Shown piece after piece: positions 40,055-49,490 of a stretch of DNA of 64,000 nucleotides (positions are counted from its first letter, which is position 1; each line of letters opens with the position of its first letter). The notes under the pieces are model-generated. The model was not told the origin of the DNA. It did no database searches and saw nothing but the letters and a program-made list of their open reading frames with translations. The DNA lies in the NCBI GenBank assembly GCA_026195275.1, contig JAPHQU010000002.1, positions 5,964 to 69,963 on the forward strand, in the 5' to 3' direction. This DNA comes from Minisyncoccota bacterium. GTDB taxonomy: Bacteria > Patescibacteriota > Minisyncoccia > Phycocordibacterales > JABMNX01. A program made the position numbers and the translations under genes.

Positions 40055-40399
40055 ATGAAGATAGAAAAATTTGAAGATATCCTCGCGTGGCAGAAAGCTC
40101 AAAAACTGACTCTTTTTGTCTACAAAACATTTCGTAACAATAAGGATTTTGGCTTTAAAAATCAGATAGAGAGAGCGGCGGTCTCAGTGATGAATAATAT
40201 AGCCGAAGGATTTGAGCGCCAGACAAACAAGGAGCTGACAAACTTCCTGTTTATCGCAAAAGGTTCTTGTGGAGAGGTTAGGTCTATGCTCTATGTTGCT
40301 CTTGAGTTAAAATGTATTACAAAAGCAGACTTTGACGAAATGTATAAAATGTCGGTGGAGATATCAAAGATGCTTTCGGGATTGATCAAGACTTTATAA
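40055..40399 (+). CDS. four-helix-bundle protein (23S-IVS protein/bAvd-like family)
   Basis: FEDILAWQKA, QIERAAVSVMNNIAEGFER, FLFIAKGSCGEVRS. Confidence 0.92.
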   Translation: MKIEKFEDILAWQKAQKLTLFVYKTFRNNKDFGFKNQIERAAVSVMNNIAEGFERQTNKELTNFLFIAKGSCGEVRSMLYVALELKCITKADFDEMYKMSVEISKMLSGLIKTL

Positions 40400-40433
40400 C
40401 TTTACAAACTTTTAACTTTCAACTCGTTTCTCT

Positions 40434-40829
40434 ATGACAATGCGCATCTCAGCAACCCGAATAGACATGGACGACAAGACGCTCCAGAAGCCGGTCCTCA
40501 AGGACTATGGCGAGACAGTGAACGCGCTTGGCTCCGGAGGCGGCACGCGAGATGTCGACCTCACACTCGGCAACGTGGTGACCTGCACAGTCTCTACAAG
40601 CACCAACACATTCACATTCTCGAATCCGTCTGCATCAGGCACCGCCTGCAGCTTCACGCTCATCCTCACCAACGGCGGTTCACAGACCGTCAATTGGCCC
40701 GCGTCTGTTGGCTGGGCAGGCGGTACCGGACCGACCTTGACCAGCTCAGGTGTCGACGTCATCACCTTTGTCACAATCGACGCCGGCACGACATGGTATG
40801 GTTTTGCTGCCGGTCTGGCTATGGCGTAG
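40434..40829 (+). CDS. phage tail-fibre-tip-like beta protein
   Basis: TFSNPSASG.A.SFTLIL.NGGS.TV.WP.SV.WAGGT.PTLT.SG.D..TF.T.D.GTTWYG resembles phage fibre C-terminal modules; no signal peptide. Confidence 0.65.
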   Translation: MTMRISATRIDMDDKTLQKPVLKDYGETVNALGSGGGTRDVDLTLGNVVTCTVSTSTNTFTFSNPSASGTACSFTLILTNGGSQTVNWPASVGWAGGTGPTLTSSGVDVITFVTIDAGTTWYGFAAGLAMA

Positions 40830-40880
40830 TCTATTGTGCTGTGCTCTGTAGGATTTTTGTCTTAGATTCTTATTTCTCTT

Positions 40881-41735
40881 ATGCCCTTCGGAACTTCATT
40901 CAGAACACTTCTTGCGAGCGCGAGTAACGGAAGTGGCGGCGGTTTTAATCTGACAGTTTCTTCCACGACTAACAAGTTCAACCTGTACAATGCGCTTATC
41001 GCAGACGGGTGGAACGGGACTGATGTCGTCGAAGCCACGGTCACCGTGGACACCGGGGTAGTTGTCTATTCGGATACCACGGCGACCGCAGCATTTGATG
41101 CGACAGGGCTTCCGGCTGGGTCCACCTTATCGCTGATCAACCTTGGCTATCTGTACGGTAAGGGGGGAAACGGCGGCGCTGGCGGCTGGAGAGGTGGAGA
41201 TAATTATCCGACCAATGGTGCCGCAGGTTCGGCAGGCGGAACCTCCTTCAAGACAGACAGTAATTGCACTGTCGAAATAACCAACGCCAATGGCTACATT
41301 TATGGTGGAGGCGGAGGCGGTGGCGGAGGCGGTGGCGGGTACTTAATCGGAGGTCACGATTGCGGCATAACCGGTGGTGGCGGCGGAGGCGGTGGTGCAG
41401 GGTATTCTGGCGGTGGCGGCGGAAGCGGCGGAAATATGTCAGGCTCCGGCTGTACTATCGGAAAATGTAGTGGCACTGCCGGATCAACAGGATCATCCTC
41501 TTCCGGAGGTGGTCCGGGTAGTGGCTGTACGGTTAACATCTGCGTTAGCGGCAACGGCGGCGGGGGTGGCGGTCTAGGTGCTGGCGGAAGTTCTGGTAGC
41601 AATGCGTCGTCCTGTAATTCTATGAACAAATCTGGTGGAGGTGGCGGCGCAGCCGGTAAATCCGTCGAAGGCAACACCTACGTCACTTTCTTGTCTGGTG
41701 ACGATTCGACACACGTAAAAGGACCAAAAGTATAA
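40881..41735 (+). CDS. glycine-rich gp38-like adhesin
   Basis: LINLGYLYGKGGNGG, ITNANGYIYGGGGGGG, several poly-Gly runs separated by Cys-containing loops. Confidence 0.65.
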   Translation: MPFGTSFRTLLASASNGSGGGFNLTVSSTTNKFNLYNALIADGWNGTDVVEATVTVDTGVVVYSDTTATAAFDATGLPAGSTLSLINLGYLYGKGGNGGAGGWRGGDNYPTNGAAGSAGGTSFKTDSNCTVEITNANGYIYGGGGGGGGGGGGYLIGGHDCGITGGGGGGGGAGYSGGGGGSGGNMSGSGCTIGKCSGTAGSTGSSSSGGGPGSGCTVNICVSGNGGGGGGLGAGGSSGSNASSCNSMNKSGGGGGAAGKSVEGNTYVTFLSGDDSTHVKGPKV

Positions 41736-41737
41736 TT

Positions 41738-42613
41738 ATGACAAAAAAGTACGACTTCAAAATTATGAGACTGGATCGTGATAACAAAACCATCGAAATT
41801 GAGTGGGATAACAAGCTCGTTCTTTCATATGACATACCATTTGATGATAATGGGATACCACTAAAGGACCAGTATTTTTTGGATTGGGTTGCCCGCAATG
41901 TCCCTGAGGATGATTTGAGAAAGAAAGAGAGAGTGAATCTGCTCACAGATGCTGATGTCAATATTTTGAATGGACTCAGCGGTACCGTTGAACCTCTCTC
42001 AGGTAAGAATTCTTGTGGGCTTCCTGGAGAATGTAGTGTCGAAAGTGCGATGAAGGAGCTTGTGTGGATTGCGAGTTTCCCAAAGTCCGGTAATACGTGG
42101 TTTCGGGTCATGTTATACGAGACTCTTTTTGGAAAGTTGGTAAACAAAGATTTAGATGATTTATTACCTAACAGTCTGGGGGATCTTCGCGTACATCGAA
42201 ATACACAGTTCATAAGGACCCACGACCTGCCACTTATGCACAAGTGTCCAGCAAAGGCGATATACCTAAAACGCGATTGGTCGGGAGTGATGCAATCCGC
42301 CGACAACCATCAAGAGTTTGCAGGATACAACGTCCTCAAGACCGTGGGTGCCTCTCATGGCGAGCATATTGCCGCATGGGAGAGCCGGAGCGATTGTCCG
42401 GTTCATGTGATTCGCTACGAAGAGATGTGCAAAGACCCGGTTGGTATATTTGTCAAAGCCGCAGAGTTTCTCGGCTTGGATGCTGTTGTGGCTGCGCAAG
42501 TGGCAGCACGAGTGAACAAGGCTTACATGCGGAAGCTCGAGGACGCAGGGCTTCTTGGCATGCACGTTAATTCAGCCCCGGGATTCGGGGGAAAGACCCG
42601 GTTCATTAGATAA
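41738..42613 (+). CDS. sulfotransferase with an extra ~100-aa N-terminal domain
   Basis: WIASFPKSGNTWFR (5'-PAPS-binding loop), IRYEEMCKDP. Confidence 0.8.
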   Translation: MTKKYDFKIMRLDRDNKTIEIEWDNKLVLSYDIPFDDNGIPLKDQYFLDWVARNVPEDDLRKKERVNLLTDADVNILNGLSGTVEPLSGKNSCGLPGECSVESAMKELVWIASFPKSGNTWFRVMLYETLFGKLVNKDLDDLLPNSLGDLRVHRNTQFIRTHDLPLMHKCPAKAIYLKRDWSGVMQSADNHQEFAGYNVLKTVGASHGEHIAAWESRSDCPVHVIRYEEMCKDPVGIFVKAAEFLGLDAVVAAQVAARVNKAYMRKLEDAGLLGMHVNSAPGFGGKTRFIR

Positions 42614-42787
42614 ACACTGTTACGTATCGCATTCGGGGGAACACCCGCCTAAGGCTAAAGGTGTAATATAAAATGATTACGGACACCGTGACATATACCC
42701 TAATTTGTTGAGAGCTGTGTGTTTTTGTGTACAAATGGGCTGTTTGGAGGGTAGAAATACTGATACAATGATTAGAATCGGAACCAT

Positions 42788-44206
42788 ATGTTTCAAAGAC
42801 TCGTACACTTCATTAAGTATCATAACGCGCTCCCTATAGCGATATCTATTGTTGTTGCGGGATCCGGTGCTGCATTTGCCGCTACGAATGATGCGGTGCG
42901 CGATCAGGTTGTCTCAAAGGAGGTGGTCATGCAATCGGTTGATAATAGCTACGTTCTCTCAGTTGATCTTGCGGCGTTTAACCCAGGACTCCAGGTGACG
43001 GCTGTTGAAGAAGACGAAGAGTTTTATTATGTCACCTATGCATACCGTACGATTGCGATTGATGATTATGCATGGAAGGACAGATATATTGAAGAGACAC
43101 TTGCGGTCTCCAAAGAGGTGCTTGGCGAGCGCGACCTCGGTAGCTACGTAGCTGAAGAACTCGGACAGACTGTTGAGGCGAGGATGGCATATCTTAAAGA
43201 TGTGCAGTCTATTGAGAAGAGAAACGGGGTGACCAAGAAGGTTGCGACTGTGACGTACTCAGGGCTTGTCGGCAAATTCCTTGAGCCAAAACAAGAATTC
43301 TTTGAGGGATATACCCCAGTCAAAGAGGAACCAAAACCGTACGTTGCATCGGTTGAAGAGTCGAAAGCAAGTGCGGCGATTGCGGCCGCAAACGCGGTTT
43401 CAAACCAGATTGCGGCGGCTATCCCAAGCAAAGAGGAGGTCGAGCGTATTATCGAACGAAAAGTTGCCGAGCTTCTTAAAGAAGGCAAACTCACAGCGTC
43501 AGCTGCCGGGGCTGACACCACAAATGAGACAGGCGCAACAAGTCCGACAGACACTTCTGGCGGTGTCTCAGGAGATACGGAAGCACCAGTTATCACTGTT
43601 CTTGGTAACAACCCCGCGGAGATTGAAGTTGGCGCAAGTTACGTGGATCTTGGCGCGACTGTAGAGGACAACGTTGACAATAACCTCGGTATTCATTACG
43701 CAGTTGATGGTGCTGAGGTTGGTGCTATAGCGATCGACACTTCAACGGACCGCACGTATACCATAACCTACAGCGCGACAGACCAAGCGGGTAACACCGG
43801 TACCGCGGAGCGTGTGGTGATCGTTGGTACCGGAGAGTACACGGAGCCAGAAAGTGAAGAACCTGTTGAGGAAGAAACACCCGTTGAGGAGCCTGCTCAA
43901 CCTGAAGACATCACCGCGCCAATCATTACTCTCATCGGAGATTCGGAGATTACACTCACAGAAGGCGACACATACACTGAAGCGGGCGCGACAGCAACAG
44001 ATGAGATCGATGGCGACATTACAGACAGTATTGTGATTGAAGGTACTGTTGACACAGCGACTCCCGGAGAATACACACTCAGCTATAATGTCTCCGATGC
44101 TGCAGGTAATGGGGCGGTGGAGGTTGTGAGGGTGGTGATCATTGAGGCTGCACCCGAGCAAACCCCAGAAGACAATGAGACCGCGACGAGTACCCCAAGT
44201 GAATAG
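42788..44206 (+). CDS. secreted/anchored protein with two DUF5011 Ig-like domains
   Basis: N-terminal hydrophobic signal; DTEAPVITVLG.NP...GATVEDNVD..YSATD.AGN and DITAPIITLIG..GATATD.IDGD..YNVSD.AGN. Confidence 0.82.
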   Translation: MFQRLVHFIKYHNALPIAISIVVAGSGAAFAATNDAVRDQVVSKEVVMQSVDNSYVLSVDLAAFNPGLQVTAVEEDEEFYYVTYAYRTIAIDDYAWKDRYIEETLAVSKEVLGERDLGSYVAEELGQTVEARMAYLKDVQSIEKRNGVTKKVATVTYSGLVGKFLEPKQEFFEGYTPVKEEPKPYVASVEESKASAAIAAANAVSNQIAAAIPSKEEVERIIERKVAELLKEGKLTASAAGADTTNETGATSPTDTSGGVSGDTEAPVITVLGNNPAEIEVGASYVDLGATVEDNVDNNLGIHYAVDGAEVGAIAIDTSTDRTYTITYSATDQAGNTGTAERVVIVGTGEYTEPESEEPVEEETPVEEPAQPEDITAPIITLIGDSEITLTEGDTYTEAGATATDEIDGDITDSIVIEGTVDTATPGEYTLSYNVSDAAGNGAVEVVRVVIIEAAPEQTPEDNETATSTPSE

Positions 44207-44257
44207 TATGGGCGCACTTGGTGGTCGTCTGCAACTTTTTAATACCCCTAATATAGA

Positions 44258-45286
44258 ATGAGAAAGAAACGAGTAGCAATCAACGGGTTTGGACGTATCG
44301 GACGGGCGTTCTTTAAGCTTGCTGAGGCGGACGAATCGTTTGAGGTGGCAGCCATCAACGATCTTGGTGATCTTGAGAACCTCGCGTACCTTCTTAAATA
44401 TGATTCCGCGTATGGGATCAGTGATTTGAATATTGACACCAAGGACGGCGCGCTTGTGGTGGATGGTCGCAAGATTACTTTCATGAGCGAACGTGATCCA
44501 CTCAACCTCCCGTGGGGCAAGATGGAGATCGACCTGGTCCTTGAGTCAACCGGGGTGTTTACGAGCTATGAGAAGTCGCGTGTACACCTAGAGACCGGCG
44601 CAAAACGTGTAGTCATCTCAGCTCCGGTAAAAGACGAGCCGCCAGCGGGTGTTGCTGGTGCCACTGTGCTTATTGGTGTCAACGAAGAGAAGCTCAGGGT
44701 GTGTGACATAAGCTCAAACGCATCGTGCACCACGAACGCATCGAGCCCGGTGATACAGATTCTTGATGAGGTTGTGGGCATTGAGAAAGCACTCCTTAAT
44801 ACGGTTCACGGGTACACTGCCTCACAGAGCCTTGTTGACGGACCAAACAAGAAAGATTTCCGCAAAGGTCGCGCAGCAGCAGAGAATATTATTCCCTCAA
44901 CCACTGGCGCGGCGATCGCGGTCACAAAAGCCATACCGTCGCTTGAAGGGAAGTTTGACGGTATCGCGATGCGTGTACCGATTATTACCGGCTCTCTTGT
45001 CGACATCACTTTTGTCGCAAAACGGGAGGTGACGACTGAGGAGATTAACGGTGCACTCGCGCGTGCGGCGGGAGATGACCAGTGGAAACGCGTATTTTCC
45101 GTTACGAAAGAGCCGATTGTCTCAAGTGATATTGTCGGGAGCCCGTTTGCATCAATTGCCGACCTTTCTTTCACGCGAGTGGTTGGCGGCAACCTCGTGA
45201 AGGTGCTCGCGTGGTATGACAACGAGGCGGGGTATACGCACGCACTCCTTGAGCATGTTAAGCGTTCACTTAGACATATATCATAA
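44258..45286 (+). CDS. gap: type I glyceraldehyde-3-phosphate dehydrogenase
   Basis: AINGFGRIGR, SNASCTTN, AWYDNE. Confidence 0.98.
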   Translation: MRKKRVAINGFGRIGRAFFKLAEADESFEVAAINDLGDLENLAYLLKYDSAYGISDLNIDTKDGALVVDGRKITFMSERDPLNLPWGKMEIDLVLESTGVFTSYEKSRVHLETGAKRVVISAPVKDEPPAGVAGATVLIGVNEEKLRVCDISSNASCTTNASSPVIQILDEVVGIEKALLNTVHGYTASQSLVDGPNKKDFRKGRAAAENIIPSTTGAAIAVTKAIPSLEGKFDGIAMRVPIITGSLVDITFVAKREVTTEEINGALARAAGDDQWKRVFSVTKEPIVSSDIVGSPFASIADLSFTRVVGGNLVKVLAWYDNEAGYTHALLEHVKRSLRHIS

Positions 45287-45298
45287 GGACGTACGATT

Positions 45299-45742
45299 AT
45301 GAAAATATACATCGCGACAGATCATGCCGGTTTTGAGCTTAAAGGGAGACTCATGCCGCTTTTGCGTGAACTCGGACACGAGGTTGTTGACTGTGGTGCC
45401 GAGACATATGACGAAAGCGATGACTACCCGGACTTTATCGCAAAAGCGGCAGAAGCGGTCTCTGAGAACCCCGAGTGTCGAGGGGTTATCCTTGGCGGGT
45501 CAGGGCAAGGTGAAGCGATCGTCGCAAACCGTTATCCTCGTGTGCGCACGGCTGTGTACTATGGCGGTCCAATCGACATTGTATCGCTTGCGCGCGAACA
45601 CAATGACGCAAACATACTCTCGCTTGGCGCACGCTTTCTTTCTGATGAAGAAGCACAAGAGGCTGTGCGAGTATTTCTTGCGACACCTTTTAGTGATGAC
45701 GAGCGGCATGTACGCCGCATCGCAAAGATAGACAAGTCATGA
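45299..45742 (+). CDS. rpiB: ribose-5-phosphate isomerase B
   Basis: DHAGFELK, DDYPD, GGSGQGE, AREHNDANILSLGAR. Confidence 0.95.
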   Translation: MKIYIATDHAGFELKGRLMPLLRELGHEVVDCGAETYDESDDYPDFIAKAAEAVSENPECRGVILGGSGQGEAIVANRYPRVRTAVYYGGPIDIVSLAREHNDANILSLGARFLSDEEAQEAVRVFLATPFSDDERHVRRIAKIDKS

Positions 45743-46422
45743 GTGAACGCGCGATTGAGGTCATCCCGGCAATCATGCCAGAGAGCGTTGCTGACCTTAC
45801 GGAGAAGGTGCGCAAGATAGTGGGTTTAGTGAGAACCGTCCAGATCGATATCATGGACGGTGTTTTCGTTCCTGAGAAGACGTGGCCGTATATTGACGAT
45901 GAAACACGTCCCGAAGAACTTCCATATTGGGATGAGGTAGCATACGAGGTTGATCTTATGGTCAAAGAGCCGGAGGAGATCATTGACACGTGGCTTGGAT
46001 TTGAGGTTGCGCGAATTATTATTCATATTGAGAGCACAGAGAAGTTGCAGAGTATTATGCGGCATATAGAAGCGTATGACGAGCGTACGCTCGTCACCTC
46101 ACCGACTGAGATAGGGATCTCGCTTAATGTAGAAACACCGAATGACGCTATTGCACCGTATGAGTATGATGTCGATTTCGTCCAGTGTATGGGTATCGCG
46201 AGGATCGGATACCAGGGAGAGCCTTTTGATGAGCGTGTGATTGAGAAGATCCGTGATTTGCGACGTAAGTACCCGCACCTTATAATAAGTGTTGACGGGG
46301 GTGTCTCACTTGAGAGCGCACCGAAACTTATTGAAGCGGGGGCAGAGCGGCTCGTTTCCGGCTCATCGGTGTTTGAGAGCCCCGACATACAAGCGACCAT
46401 AGAAAAGCTTAAGCAGAAATAA
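45739..46422 (+). CDS. rpe: ribulose-phosphate 3-epimerase
   Basis: QIDIMDGVFVP, GYQGEPF, SVDGGV, LVSGS. Confidence 0.92.
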   Translation: MSERAIEVIPAIMPESVADLTEKVRKIVGLVRTVQIDIMDGVFVPEKTWPYIDDETRPEELPYWDEVAYEVDLMVKEPEEIIDTWLGFEVARIIIHIESTEKLQSIMRHIEAYDERTLVTSPTEIGISLNVETPNDAIAPYEYDVDFVQCMGIARIGYQGEPFDERVIEKIRDLRRKYPHLIISVDGGVSLESAPKLIEAGAERLVSGSSVFESPDIQATIEKLKQK

Positions 46423-46431
46423 TCAGAGACC

Positions 46432-47292
46432 ATGACAAGCATTCGAGACACACGAGTACAAGAACTTGAAATTCGGGCGAATCAGATTCGGCAGACAACC
46501 ATTGAGATGTTGGTAGCGGCCGGCTCAGGGCACACCGCAGGCCCCTTGGGCATGGCGGATATCTTTACTGCATTTTATTTTCATATTCTTAACCACAAAC
46601 CGAGCGATCCTCTGTGGGAAGAGCGTGATCGACTCGTCCTCTCAAATGGACACATCACTCCGGTACGCTACGCGGCGATGGCGCACGCGGGGTATTTCTC
46701 GATTGATGAAGTGATGACACTACGCAAGTTCGGTTCATCTATGCAGGGACACCCAGAGCGCACACGCCTTCCGGAGCTTGAAACTACTTCGGGGCCACTC
46801 GGCTCAGGGCTTGGCGAGGCGGCGGGTATCGCGTATGGCGCGCGTATGGACGGTAGAAAATTCCGCGTGTATTGCCTTATGTCAGACGGCGAGCACCAGG
46901 CGGGAAATCTGTGGGAGTCAATCATGTTTGCGGGGAAAAACAAACTCGCAAACCTCACTGGTGTGATTGACCGTAATAATATTCAGATCAATGGGGCAAC
47001 CGAGGATGTGATGCCACTTGAGCCGCTTCGTGAAAAATATGAGGCATTCGGTTGGCACGTTATAGAGGTCGATGGACACAATATTGAAGCGTTTGTGGAT
47101 GTGATTGAAGAGGCAAAAGCAATCCAAGAGAAACCGACTGTTATTATTGCGAACACGATTGCCGGCAAGGGAGTCTCTTCAATCGAGGGTGATTACATGT
47201 GGCATGGCAAGCCGCCGACCCCTGAAGAGGGAGAACAATTTTTAGCAGAGCTTCGTAAGTGTGGTGATGAACTCGCAGGTAACGCAGCATAA
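46432..47292 (+). CDS. transketolase N-terminal (TPP-binding) subunit
   Basis: SGH..G, RDRLVLSNGH, SDGEHQAG..WE, WHGK. Confidence 0.95.
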   Translation: MTSIRDTRVQELEIRANQIRQTTIEMLVAAGSGHTAGPLGMADIFTAFYFHILNHKPSDPLWEERDRLVLSNGHITPVRYAAMAHAGYFSIDEVMTLRKFGSSMQGHPERTRLPELETTSGPLGSGLGEAAGIAYGARMDGRKFRVYCLMSDGEHQAGNLWESIMFAGKNKLANLTGVIDRNNIQINGATEDVMPLEPLREKYEAFGWHVIEVDGHNIEAFVDVIEEAKAIQEKPTVIIANTIAGKGVSSIEGDYMWHGKPPTPEEGEQFLAELRKCGDELAGNAA

Positions 47293-47298
47293 AGGGAT

Positions 47299-48294
47299 AT
47301 GATCAATAAAAACGCACATCTGGTAGAAAATATTTTCGATCTTGAGTCGCTTGAGCAGGGTTCAACGCGCGATGGATACGGCAAAGGAGTTGTTGAAGCT
47401 GGTGAGCAAGATGAGCGCGTCATGGTGCTGTGTGCTGACCTTGCTGAATCAACACGTTCGCACTGGTTTCAGGAAAAGTTCCCGGAGCGCTATGTTGAGA
47501 TGGGAGTCGCTGAGCAGAACCTCGCAACGATTGCCTCGGGTCTTGCAAACTATGGAAAGATACCGTTCATTGCGAGTTACGCCGCATTCTCTCCCGGCCG
47601 TAACAACGAGCAGATCCGTACCACAATCTCGCTGAGTGAGCTTCCGGTAAAGGTGTGTGGTATGCACGCAGGTGTCTCGGTAGGGCCGGACGGCGCAACA
47701 CACCAGATGCTCGAGGACATAGCGCTTATGCGCGCACAACCAAACATGACTGTTGTATATCCGTGTGACGTTGAGGAGGCGCGTAAGGCAACACTTGCCG
47801 CAGCACAAACAAACACGCCAATCTACCTGCGCTTTGCACGCTCAAACACGCCAATATTTACCACCAAAGATACGCCGTTTGAGATTGGTAAGAGCTACGA
47901 ACTCTGGCGCTCTGATAAACCACAGGTTGCTATTGTTGCGACCGGTGCACTTACTCACAAAGCACTTCTTGCCGCACATGAGTTGGATGCTGAAGGTGTG
48001 CAAACAGTAGTGCTTAACCTGCACACGATCAAGCCGCTGGATAAAGATGCACTTCTTGCAATCGCGAAAGAGTGTGGTGCTCTGGTGACCGTGGAGGAGC
48101 ATCAGGTTGCGTGTGGTATGGGAAGCGCTGTGGCAGAATTTCTTGCACAGAATCACCCGACCCCGATCGAGTTCATTGGAGTTCATGACCAATTTGGACA
48201 ATCAGGAGAACCTGACGAGCTTGTTGAGTATTACGGTATGGGGGTTGAATCGATCAAAGAAGCAGCGAAGAGGGTATTTGATAGAAAAAGTTAA
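47299..48294 (+). CDS. transketolase C-terminal subunit
   Basis: GVAEQN, GPDGATHQ..ED, VTVEEH. Confidence 0.95.
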   Translation: MINKNAHLVENIFDLESLEQGSTRDGYGKGVVEAGEQDERVMVLCADLAESTRSHWFQEKFPERYVEMGVAEQNLATIASGLANYGKIPFIASYAAFSPGRNNEQIRTTISLSELPVKVCGMHAGVSVGPDGATHQMLEDIALMRAQPNMTVVYPCDVEEARKATLAAAQTNTPIYLRFARSNTPIFTTKDTPFEIGKSYELWRSDKPQVAIVATGALTHKALLAAHELDAEGVQTVVLNLHTIKPLDKDALLAIAKECGALVTVEEHQVACGMGSAVAEFLAQNHPTPIEFIGVHDQFGQSGEPDELVEYYGMGVESIKEAAKRVFDRKS

Positions 48295-48303
48295 GGTGGT
48301 TTT

Positions 48304-49413
48304 ATGAAAAGTGAAGAGAAAGGGAAGGAGCTGCTTGCGCATGCGGGCATTGAGGTGGGTGGCAATAAGCCGTGGGACATTCAGGTTAAAGACCCTCGGT
48401 TCTTTCGTCGTGTGCTCGCTGAGGGGCCGCTCGCGCTTGGCGAGAGCTACATGGACGGTTGGTGGGATGCTGAGTCACTTGATATGTTCTTTGATAAGGT
48501 GCTCTCCGCTGAACTTGAGAAAAAGATCATTACACCATCCCTAATGCTACACATATTGCGCGCCAAGTTTGTGAACTTACAGAGTCCGAAACGCGCCTTT
48601 AAGGTGGGGGAGGAGCATTACGACGTTGGGAATGATTTATATCGACGCATGCTTGATTCACGCATGGTCTATACGTGTGGATACTGGAGAGATGCGAACA
48701 CCCTTGATGAAGCGCAGGAAGCAAAGCTTGACCTTGTGTGTCGTAAATTAGGCCTTATGAAAGGGCAGCGTATTTTGGATATTGGTTGTGGATGGGGAAG
48801 TTTTGCGAAGTTTGCCGCCGAGCGTTACGGTGTCGAGGTGGTCGGGATCACTATCTCTAAAGAACAGAAGAACCTTGCTGAGGAGAGTGTGAAGGGTCTC
48901 CCGGTCGAGATCCGGCTTCAGGATTACCGAGAGATGAATGAGCAATTTGACCACATTGTTTCGATCGGTATGTTTGAACACGTAGGGCGTAAGAATTATC
49001 GCGAGTACATGGAGGTTGCACACCGAAACCTTAAAGATGGTGGCATGTTCTTGCTCCACACTATCGGCGGGAACAGGTCGGCGCACACAACCGATCCATG
49101 GATCGAGAAGTATATCTTTCCTGGTGGCATGTTGCCGTCCATTACGCAGATCGGGGAGTCGATTGAGGGACTTTTTGTTATGGAAGATTGGCATAATTTT
49201 GGTACAGATTATGACACAACTCTCATGCATTGGTTCAAAAATTTTGACGCGCATTGGAGTGATATTAAAGACCACTATGGCGAACGTTTTTATCGTATGT
49301 GGAAATATTACCTTATGATGTCAGCCGGATCGTTTCGTTCGCGCAAGAACCAGCTTTGGCAGATCACGCTCTCCAAAGGAGGAGTTCGTGGTGGGTATCA
49401 GTCGGTACGCTAA
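48304..49413 (+). CDS. cfa: cyclopropane-fatty-acyl-phospholipid synthase
   Basis: LGESYMDGWW, HYDVGNDLY, YTCGYW, LDIGCGWG, SIGMFEHVG, RMWKYYL. Confidence 0.96.
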   Translation: MKSEEKGKELLAHAGIEVGGNKPWDIQVKDPRFFRRVLAEGPLALGESYMDGWWDAESLDMFFDKVLSAELEKKIITPSLMLHILRAKFVNLQSPKRAFKVGEEHYDVGNDLYRRMLDSRMVYTCGYWRDANTLDEAQEAKLDLVCRKLGLMKGQRILDIGCGWGSFAKFAAERYGVEVVGITISKEQKNLAEESVKGLPVEIRLQDYREMNEQFDHIVSIGMFEHVGRKNYREYMEVAHRNLKDGGMFLLHTIGGNRSAHTTDPWIEKYIFPGGMLPSITQIGESIEGLFVMEDWHNFGTDYDTTLMHWFKNFDAHWSDIKDHYGERFYRMWKYYLMMSAGSFRSRKNQLWQITLSKGGVRGGYQSVR

Positions 49414-49439
49414 CGAGGAGGAAGAATTAAACAGGAAAC

Positions 49440-49490
49440 ATTAAACGCCAACCTCTGGTTGGCGTTTAATACGGCTCTACAGAGCCGTAT
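49440..49490. terminator. two adjacent hairpins between convergent cfa and the PfkB gene
   Basis: ATTAAACGCCAACC-TCT-GGTTGGCGTTTAAT and ATACGGCTCT-AC-AGAGCCGTAT. Confidence 0.8.

Noticed and set aside
39956-41735. Diversity-generating retroelement (Avd-like gene near adhesins)
   Set aside because: No reverse transcriptase in the window, and I found no TR/VR pair differing at adenines
30525-42613. Prophage (holin-family gene, tail-fibre-like genes, Xis-like HTHs)
   Set aside because: No integrase, terminase, portal or capsid; the genes are interleaved with obgE, gatB and tatAC; YvlD-type proteins are commonly chromosomal
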